From an uncultured Acidimicrobiia bacterium (GTDB taxonomy: Bacteria > Actinomycetota > Acidimicrobiia > Acidimicrobiales > AC-14), in the NCBI GenBank assembly GCA_963836205.1, contig CAWIIV010000015.1:256001-320000 (forward strand): a DNA stretch of 64,000 bases, written 5' to 3'. Positions 57,621 through 64,000 of the stretch are shown here, one piece after another; position 1 is the stretch's first letter, and every line of letters begins with the position of its first letter. The notes beneath the pieces were generated by a model that was not told where the DNA came from, did not search any database, and worked only from the letters and a program-made list of their open reading frames with translations. The position numbers and the translations under genes are program-made.

Positions 57621-58403
57621 TTACGCCGGTTCGCGCTGAGGCTCGGCGAGCTTGCCCCGTAGCTGGATCACGGCCTTGGTGTGGATCTGGCACACCCGGC
57701 TCTCGGTGATCCCCAGGACGTCGCCGATCTGCCCAAGGGTGAGACCCTCGTAGTAGTAGAGCGTGAGGACGATCTTCTCCCGCTCCGGAAGCCGGTTGAT
57801 GGCAGCGGCCAGGATCTGCTTGGTCTCCTGGACCTCGAACGCGCCGACCGGGCCCAGCCCGGGGTCGGGGATGGTGTCGCCGAGGGTGACCGACTCGCCC
57901 CGGTCGGCGCCCACGCTCAGGGTCTCCTCCAACGCCACCAGTCCGAAGAAGGAGATCTGGCCGTAGACGTCGTGCAGCTCGGCCTCGGTGGTGCCCAGCT
58001 CCTCGGCCACCTCGGCGTCGGTGGGGTTGCGGAGCAGCTCGTGCTCGAGCTTGGTGAACGCCTTCTCGACCGTCCGGGCCTTGGCCCGCAACGAGCGCGG
58101 CACCCAGTCGACCGAGCGCAGCTCGTCGATGATGGAGCCTCGGATCCGCGACATGGCGTAGGTCTCGAACTTGTTGCCCCGGCCCGGGTCGAACTTCTCG
58201 ATGGCATCCATCAACCCGAACATCCCGTAGCTGACCAGGTCGGCCTGCTCGATGGTGTGGGGCAGGCCCGCAGACAGCCGGCCGGCGACGTACTTCACCA
58301 GCGGCGAGTAGTGGACGACCAGGCGGTTGCGGGTGTCGAGCGTGCCGGTGCTCTTGAACGCGTCCCAGAGGCGGTCGATCCCAGCAGGTTCGGTCGAGTC
58401 CAC
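57621..58403 (-). CDS. whiG: FliA/WhiG family sigma factor
   Basis: PLVKYVAGR, DLVSYG.FGL.DAIEKFD, RIRG.I.DELR..DW.PRS, TESRV.QIH.KA. Confidence 0.93.
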   Translation of the reverse strand: MDSTEPAGIDRLWDAFKSTGTLDTRNRLVVHYSPLVKYVAGRLSAGLPHTIEQADLVSYGMFGLMDAIEKFDPGRGNKFETYAMSRIRGSIIDELRSVDWVPRSLRAKARTVEKAFTKLEHELLRNPTDAEVAEELGTTEAELHDVYGQISFFGLVALEETLSVGADRGESVTLGDTIPDPGLGPVGAFEVQETKQILAAAINRLPEREKIVLTLYYYEGLTLGQIGDVLGITESRVCQIHTKAVIQLRGKLAEPQREPA

Positions 58404-58409
58404 GGGTTC

Positions 58410-59285
58410 CTAGGCTCGGGGGTGGGTGGCGTCGTACACCGTGCGCAACCGCTCCTTGCTGACGTGAGTGTACAGCTGGGTCGTCGCCAGATCGGCGTGA
58501 CCGAGCAGCTCCTGCACGGCGCGGAGGTCGGCGCCACCGTCGAGGAGGTGGGTGGCGAAGGTGTGACGGAGGGCGTGGGGATGGGTGGGGTTGGCGGCCC
58601 GGCGGTCGAGGATGCGACGGGTGTCGCGGGGCGACAGCGGGCGACCTCGCCGGTTGAGGAACAGGCTTTCGTCGGGTGTGACGCCGGCCACGACCAGGGC
58701 CGACCGCCCGTGGGCCAGCCACGCCCGCACCGCGTCGGCCGACGGCTCGCTCATGGGGACCTGGCGCTGCTTGGAACCCTTGCCCCACACCGTGACCACC
58801 GGCCGCTCGGGGTGGAGGGTGAGGTCGGACAGGCGCAGGCCGCACAGCTCCCCCACTCGCAGGCCACTGCCGTAGAGCAGCTCGATCACGGCCACGTCGC
58901 GCACGGCGACGGGGTCGTCGAGGGATGGGGTGCGCAGGAGGGTGTGGAGCTCGGCCGGCCGCAGGACGTGGGGCAGGCGGGCGTCGCCCCGGGGTGCCGA
59001 CAGGCGGGTCGACGGGTCGGCGGGAATGGCGCCCGTGCGCCGGAGCCATCCGAAATAGCGGCGGAGGGCAGCCGCCTTGCGGGCGATGGACCGGCGGGCG
59101 AACCGGCGGGTTGCCAGGTAGGCCAGGTAGCGGCGCAGGACCAGGCGGTCGACGTCGGCCGGCCCGGCCAGGCCGGCCCGCTCCGCCCAGGTGACGAATT
59201 GGGAAACGTCGTCGGCGTAGGCGACGACCGTGTTCGCCGATACCGCCGACAGGGACCGCTCGAACGCGTCCTGTTCCCAGCTCAC
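58410..59285 (-). CDS. xerC: Tyrosine recombinase XerC
   Basis: [42 protein letters not shown]; located after dprA. Confidence 0.93.
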   Translation of the reverse strand: MSWEQDAFERSLSAVSANTVVAYADDVSQFVTWAERAGLAGPADVDRLVLRRYLAYLATRRFARRSIARKAAALRRYFGWLRRTGAIPADPSTRLSAPRGDARLPHVLRPAELHTLLRTPSLDDPVAVRDVAVIELLYGSGLRVGELCGLRLSDLTLHPERPVVTVWGKGSKQRQVPMSEPSADAVRAWLAHGRSALVVAGVTPDESLFLNRRGRPLSPRDTRRILDRRAANPTHPHALRHTFATHLLDGGADLRAVQELLGHADLATTQLYTHVSKERLRTVYDATHPRA

Positions 59286-59368
59286 CGCACCACGGTACCG
59301 GCCACGGGCGCAGAACTGCCACCAAGGGTGGTCGGCACCACCACCGGAAGTGGGACGGGAGCCGCAAC

Positions 59369-60673
59369 CTAGCCACGGCCGGTTCGCTCCCACCAGCCGT
59401 GACGGCAGGCGGCCCACCCGTCACGCTCCAGGTGGGCGAGGGCGACCATGACCTGGCCGGGCGACAGACCACTGCGCAGGACGACCCCCTCGAGGCTGGC
59501 CGGCTCCCACCCGAGGGCGTCGAGCACCACAGTCTCCACCGGTCCGGGCGGCGGCCGGCGCTCGACTTCCGCCGCCGTCGATCCCGGGCCGGCGGTGGAC
59601 AGGCCCAGCGCCACCAGGACGTCGGTGGCGTCGCGGGCGGGTGGGCAGCCATCGGCGAGGAGGGCGTTGGTGTAGGCCGAGGCCGGGCTGCGGACCGAGC
59701 CGGGCACGGCCATGACCGTGCGGCTCCGCTCGGCGGCTGCATCCACCGTGTAGCGAGACCCGCCCCGGACGTGGGACTCCACCACGACCACGACCTCGGA
59801 GAGGGCGGCGATCACTCGGTTGCGCACCGGGAAGCGCCACGGCTCGGGGGCGGCACCGAGGGGCGCCTCACTGACGAGGAGTCCGGCCGCGGCCACGTCG
59901 GCCCACAGTTGCGCGTTGCGACGGGGATAGACGATGTCGACGCCGCTCCCCACGACAGCGATCGGCGGCGCGCCCCGGGCCGCCAGCGCCCCCGAGTGAG
60001 CGGCCCCGTCGACACCCGACGCCAGGCCGGACACCACCCTGACCCCGCTGGCGGCCAGGTCGCAGCCGAGCTCGTGTGCCATCTCACGGCCGTACCGGGT
60101 ACATCGCCGGGTGCCCACGATGCCGACCCGCCGGCCGTCGAGGGCAGCCGGATCGCCTCGGTGAAAGAGGACGCCGGGCGGCTGATGGTCGTCGGCGAGG
60201 ACGGCCGGGTACCGGTGCCCCCCGAAGACCATCACACCCACCCCGGCGCCCAGATGACGGAGCCAGAGGTCGGCGACGTCGACGGTGGCCGCTGCCCGCC
60301 GCCACAACTCGGCGACATCGGCGTCGTCGTCGTGACCCCGCCCCTCGCCCACCCGCCGCCACGCGTCGGCCGGCGACCACCGCCCGAGGAGGGCGACCAG
60401 GCGCCGATGACCCATGGCGGGCAATCCCGCGAGGGCAGCGGCGAACGCCTCCTGCGGCAGCGGAGTCGCCCCGTCGGCGGCGCGGGCGGACGACGCGGCG
60501 GGCGCCCCGTCGGCGGCGTGGGCGGACGACGCTGCGGGCGCCCCGTCGATGCCCGGCGCCCGAGGTGGCGTCCCATCTGCGGCGGGAGGAGATCCTCCGA
60601 CCGGCAACCCGTCATCGAGGCGGGAGCCGGCCACGGGCGGCACCTCCGAGGGCACCGACATCGGCCAGGTCAT
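59369..60673 (-). CDS. dprA: DNA-processing protein DprA
   Basis: IVGTR, VVSGLA.GVD..AH, FP.RNR.IA, VVVE, PG; N-terminal 12-aa tandem repeat. Confidence 0.95.
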   Translation of the reverse strand: MTWPMSVPSEVPPVAGSRLDDGLPVGGSPPAADGTPPRAPGIDGAPAASSAHAADGAPAASSARAADGATPLPQEAFAAALAGLPAMGHRRLVALLGRWSPADAWRRVGEGRGHDDDADVAELWRRAAATVDVADLWLRHLGAGVGVMVFGGHRYPAVLADDHQPPGVLFHRGDPAALDGRRVGIVGTRRCTRYGREMAHELGCDLAASGVRVVSGLASGVDGAAHSGALAARGAPPIAVVGSGVDIVYPRRNAQLWADVAAAGLLVSEAPLGAAPEPWRFPVRNRVIAALSEVVVVVESHVRGGSRYTVDAAAERSRTVMAVPGSVRSPASAYTNALLADGCPPARDATDVLVALGLSTAGPGSTAAEVERRPPPGPVETVVLDALGWEPASLEGVVLRSGLSPGQVMVALAHLERDGWAACRHGWWERTGRG

Positions 60674-62184
60674 GCCGCCACCTCCGTGGGGATGACCTCC
60701 GCTCGCAGACCGAGGGCCAGGCAGACATGGTCTTCGTCGACGACATCGCCCGCACCGGCCAGGTCGGCGATGGTGCGAGCCACCCGCCGGATCCGGTGGA
60801 GCCCGCGACCGCTCAACGTGCCCACTCGGAGGCGATGCTCGAGGATGGCCAAGGCTGCCGGCGTGAGGGGGGCAACCTCGTCGAGGGCCGCGGCCGGCAC
60901 CTCGGCGTTGCACTTCACCCCCCGGGTCCGAGCCCGTTCCCTCGCCGCCGCCACCCGGGCGGCCACCACCTCGGTCGACTCGCCCGGCGGTCCACCGAGG
61001 AGGTCGGCGACATCGGGCCGGGACACCATCACCCGCAGGTCGAAGCGGTCGAGGAGCGGGCCCGAGAGGCGCCGGTTGTACCGCTGGCGAACCGTGTCGG
61101 GGCATCGGCAGGCGCCCTCGGGCCCGGCCTCGCCGCACGGACACGGATTGGTTGCGCCGACCAGCAGGAAGCGGGCGGGAAAGGCGACGCTGGCGCGGGC
61201 TCGACTGACCCGGACCACGCCCTCCTCGAGCGGTTGCCGGAGGGCGTCGAGCACCGTGCGGGGGAACTCGGCCATCTCGTCCAGGAACAGCACGCCGAGG
61301 TGCGCCTGGCTGATCTCTCCCGGCCGCATCCACGCCGTGCCACCGCCGATGAGGGCGACCGACGATGCCCCGTGGTGTGGGGCCCGGAACGGCGGCTCCA
61401 CCACCAGTCCGCCCGGAGGCAGCGGCTCGCCGGCGGCCGAGCGGATGGTGGTGGCGGCCAGGGCGTCTTCGCCCCCGAGCGGCGGGAGGAGGCCCGGTAG
61501 ACGGCGGGCGAGCATGGTCTTGCCCGCGCCCGGCGGCCCCGACAGGAGGAGGTGGTGGCCCCCGGCGGCGCTGATCTCGAGGGCGGCCCGGCCCACGGGC
61601 TGGCCCCTCACGTCGGCCAGATCGGGACTGGCCACCATCGGGCCGGTGGGCGGCGACGATCCCGGCGGCTCGGGCCACGGGTCGTGTCCCCGGAGGCAGG
61701 ACACCAGTTCGGCCAGCCGGCCGGCGGCCCGCACCCGCACCTTGCCGACCACCGTCGCCTCGGCCACGCAGTCGACCGGGACGACGACCACCCGGGCGTC
61801 GAGGGCTGCCACCATCGGAACGACGCCCGGGACCCTGCGCAACGACCCGTCGAGACCGAGCTCGCCGAGGAAGGCGCAGCCGGCCACCGCCTCCGGATCG
61901 AGCTCGCCCGTGGCCACCAGCAGGCCGATGGCGATGGCAAGGTCGAGGCCGGGGCCGACCTTGCGCAGGAGACCGGGGGCGAGGTTGACCGTGACGCGTT
62001 TCATGGGCCAGGTCAGCCCGCTCGACAGCAGTGCGGCCCGGACCCGGTCGCGCGCCTCCCGGCACACCGGGTCGGGCTGGCCGACGAGCGTGAAGCCGGG
62101 CAGCCCGGACGACACGTGGACCTCGACGGCGACCGGGCGCCCCTCGACACCGAGCAGGGTCGCGGACGGGATGGTGGCGAACAC
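60670..62184 (-). CDS. comM: ComM/YifB Mg-chelatase-like AAA+ ATPase
   Basis: VNLAP, DLAIA, GPPGAGKTMLA, PFRAPHH, LFLDE, NPCPCG, SGPLLDRFD. Confidence 0.95.
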   Translation of the reverse strand: MFATIPSATLLGVEGRPVAVEVHVSSGLPGFTLVGQPDPVCREARDRVRAALLSSGLTWPMKRVTVNLAPGLLRKVGPGLDLAIAIGLLVATGELDPEAVAGCAFLGELGLDGSLRRVPGVVPMVAALDARVVVVPVDCVAEATVVGKVRVRAAGRLAELVSCLRGHDPWPEPPGSSPPTGPMVASPDLADVRGQPVGRAALEISAAGGHHLLLSGPPGAGKTMLARRLPGLLPPLGGEDALAATTIRSAAGEPLPPGGLVVEPPFRAPHHGASSVALIGGGTAWMRPGEISQAHLGVLFLDEMAEFPRTVLDALRQPLEEGVVRVSRARASVAFPARFLLVGATNPCPCGEAGPEGACRCPDTVRQRYNRRLSGPLLDRFDLRVMVSRPDVADLLGGPPGESTEVVAARVAAARERARTRGVKCNAEVPAAALDEVAPLTPAALAILEHRLRVGTLSGRGLHRIRRVARTIADLAGAGDVVDEDHVCLALGLRAEVIPTEVAA

Positions 62185-62256
62185 GGGCAGGCTCCTCGCG
62201 TGGACAGCAAGGCGGGCGAGGGCCGTGACGCCGGCCGGCTCGAACGGAGCGACCCA

Positions 62257-62278
62257 AGACTATCCGGGGGGTGGGACA
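62257..62278 (-). promoter_or_regulatory. PafBC/RecA-NDp-like promoter motif
   Basis: TGTCCC-ACCCCCCGGA-TAGTCT, about 70 nt upstream of comM. Confidence 0.6.
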
Positions 62279-62336
62279 GGAACCCGACGGAGCCGGCCGG
62301 AGACCGAAGTCACGGGGTCCGCGTGCCTGCAAGACG

Positions 62337-62975
62337 AACTGGTGACATGGCCAGGCATGGCGGACGATCAGCCCAACTGGTGACACGGCCAGGCATGCTG
62401 ACCACCGCTTGCGTCACCAGAAGACGAGTGACCTGGCTGGCCAGCGGATGGGTGCGCGGGGCAGCTTCGTGCCCGTGCGGCTGCGGGACCTGACCGACGG
62501 AGGAAGCTGGTGGAGGAGCGGGGCGGGAGACGCAGCGGATAGAAGCTGCTCGAGGACGCGGGGATCAAGCTCGACTCGGTGGCCCCGAGTGCTGGGGAAG
62601 CGGGCGGGGGATGCTGGAGGCGCTCATGGACGGGGAGCGCGACGCGGAGGTGTGGCGGACGTGGCGGGAGGGGATGCGGCGCAAGATGGGGAGCTGCGTG
62701 GGGCGTGGGGGGCTTCGAGAGCACACGCGCTGATGTGGATGCACTGGGGCATGTGGACGAGCTCAGAGGCGATGGGAGCGGCTCGACGAGGGAGGTCGAG
62801 CGGTATCGCTTCGCTGAGAAGAAAGCTCGACCGGAGGGCGGGTCGGCGGGCCAACTGGTGACAGCGCCAGGCATCGCGGACCACCGTTTGTGTCACCAGT
62901 TCGACCGGAGGGCGGGTCGGCGGGCCAACTGGTGACGGGCCCAGGCATGGCGGACCCCCGATACCGTCACCAGTT
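62337..62975. repeat. Cluster of four hairpin-element copies flanking an IS110 remnant
   Basis: 62337-~62370 (truncated), 62375-62422, 62853-62901 and 62927-62975; the linker TCGACCGGAGGGCGGGTCGGCGGGCC is duplicated. Confidence 0.85.
62421..62826 (+). pseudogene. Degraded internal fragment of an IS110 family transposase
   Basis: Across shifting frames: KT, WLA, RGSFVP, LRDLT, RKLVEER, TQRI, KLLEDAGIKLDSVA, VLGK, MLEAL, GERDAEV, MRRK, HALM, GHVDEL. Confidence 0.75.
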
Positions 62976-63045
62976 CGTCCGGGCCCGACGGCCGACCGGC
63001 CGGCGCGTGCGTCGCCCCGCCGCGGAGTGGGACAGAATGCCGGGC

Positions 63046-63156
63046 GTGGGGTTCAATCCGTTCCGGCAACAACGGCGGCGGCCGTCGGACTACGTGTTGG
63101 TGGCGGCCGCCTTCGTGGTTGTGGCCGTCCTCCTCGCGTGGGCGATGATGGGCTGA
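63046..63156 (+). CDS. Small single-TM protein (36 aa)
   Basis: GTG-GFNPFRQQRRRPSDYVLVAAAFVVVAVLLAWAMMG; TGATG overlap with rpiB. Confidence 0.6.
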   Translation: MGFNPFRQQRRRPSDYVLVAAAFVVVAVLLAWAMMG

Positions 63157-63611
63157 TGCGTATCGCCCTCGGATCCGACCACGCCGGCTACCGCCTGAAG
63201 ACGGTCATCGCCGCCGCCCTGGCCGAGAAGGGCCACGAGGTCGTCGACTGCGGCACCGACTCCGAGGACTCCGTCGACTACCCCAGGTTTTGCGCCGCCG
63301 CCGCCCGCGAGGTCACCGCCGGTCGGGCCGACCGGGCCGTCGTCATGGGCGGCAGCGGCCAGGGCGAGCAGATCGCGGCCAACAAGGTCCACGGCGCCCG
63401 GGCCGCCCTGTGCCACGACGAGTGGACCGCCCGCATGTGCCGCCTGCACAACGACGCCAACGTCCTCGCCCTCGGCGCCCGCCAGCTCGCCGACGCCTTC
63501 GCCCTCCTCCTCGTCGACATCTTCCTCGAGACCGAGTTCGAGGGCGGACGCCACCAGCCCCGCCTCGACCAGCTTCGTGACATCGAGAACGAGGAGTGCG
63601 CCGGCGCCTAG
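63156..63611 (+). CDS. rpiB: Ribose-5-phosphate isomerase B
   Basis: GSDHAG, DYP, GGSGQGEQIAANK, HNDAN, FEGGRH. Confidence 0.95.
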   Translation: MRIALGSDHAGYRLKTVIAAALAEKGHEVVDCGTDSEDSVDYPRFCAAAAREVTAGRADRAVVMGGSGQGEQIAANKVHGARAALCHDEWTARMCRLHNDANVLALGARQLADAFALLLVDIFLETEFEGGRHQPRLDQLRDIENEECAGA

Positions 63612-63952
63612 AACGCGGCCTGGATGACCTCGATCTCGTCGGCCAGCACCGAGGCCACGTCGAAGCGGATCTCGGCCGCGGGCGACGGTGACTCGTCGAG
63701 CCAGCGGGCCGCCAGCACCCGGATCCTCTGCTGCTTCTGCCGACCCACCGCCTCCGCGGGCAGCCCGAAGGCGTCGGAGGACCGGGTCTTCACCTCGCAG
63801 AACACCACCAGGCCCCCCCGCCGCAGCACGAGGTCGAGCTCACCGGCTCGACACCGCCAGTTGCGGTCGACGACCCGGTAGCCCCGCTCCTGGTACCAGG
63901 CGGCCACCGCCTCCTCGCCACCGACACCGAGCGCTCGTCGAGCCTGCGTCAC
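63608..63952 (-). CDS. yraN: YraN family protein
   Basis: G..GE, RNWRC..GELDLV, FCEVKTR, RFDV. Confidence 0.93.
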   Translation of the reverse strand: MTQARRALGVGGEEAVAAWYQERGYRVVDRNWRCRAGELDLVLRRGGLVVFCEVKTRSSDAFGLPAEAVGRQKQQRIRVLAARWLDESPSPAAEIRFDVASVLADEIEVIQAAF

Positions 63953-63963
63953 CGCGCCAGACC

Positions 63964-64000
63964 TTAGGCGTCCCGGCGGATCTCCTCGATGTTGACGTCC
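63964..64000 (-). CDS. 3' end of a probable DUF2469 protein (partial)
   Basis: DVNIEEIRRDA-stop directly upstream of yraN, the usual actinobacterial position. Confidence 0.55.
   Translation of the reverse strand, partial: DVNIEEIRRDA

Overview
GC-rich actinobacterial chromosome segment; the gene content and the dnaG-rpoD linkage suggest class Acidimicrobiia (inference). Most of the window is a minus-strand housekeeping backbone: yraN, comM-dprA-xerC-whiG, M23 fusion, rpsB-tsf-pyrH-frr-cdsA-dxr-RIP-ispG, rimP-nusA-ylxR-infB-DUF503-rbfA-nrnA-truB-ribF, uppS, recO, glyQS, ppdK, tldD/tldE, dnaG-rpoD, tRNA-Asn and tRNA-Ile2. Single accessory genes are interleaved with it. Most notable observations: (1) a lipoprotein that is essentially a membrane-tethered stand-alone copy of the propeptide of the adjacent subtilase; (2) a dispersed family of 45-49 bp hairpins (AACTGGTGAC...GTCACC(A/G)GTT, 13 copies), one cluster holding an IS110 remnant; (3) an intact IS30 inserted into a palindrome upstream of an AbiEi/DUF559-like nuclease gene; (4) a shared TGTCnCACCC-N6-TAnnnT (PafBC/RecA-NDp-like) promoter motif in front of that nuclease, comM-dprA, and a dead-M23/lipase fusion plus beta-propeller lipoprotein; (5) an internally deleted folE remnant; (6) an ECF sigma with a Cys-rich partner that has a nested start. 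Five single-base frameshifts, one in essential glyQS, point to long-read indel errors. All family calls are by motif recognition only; no searches were run.
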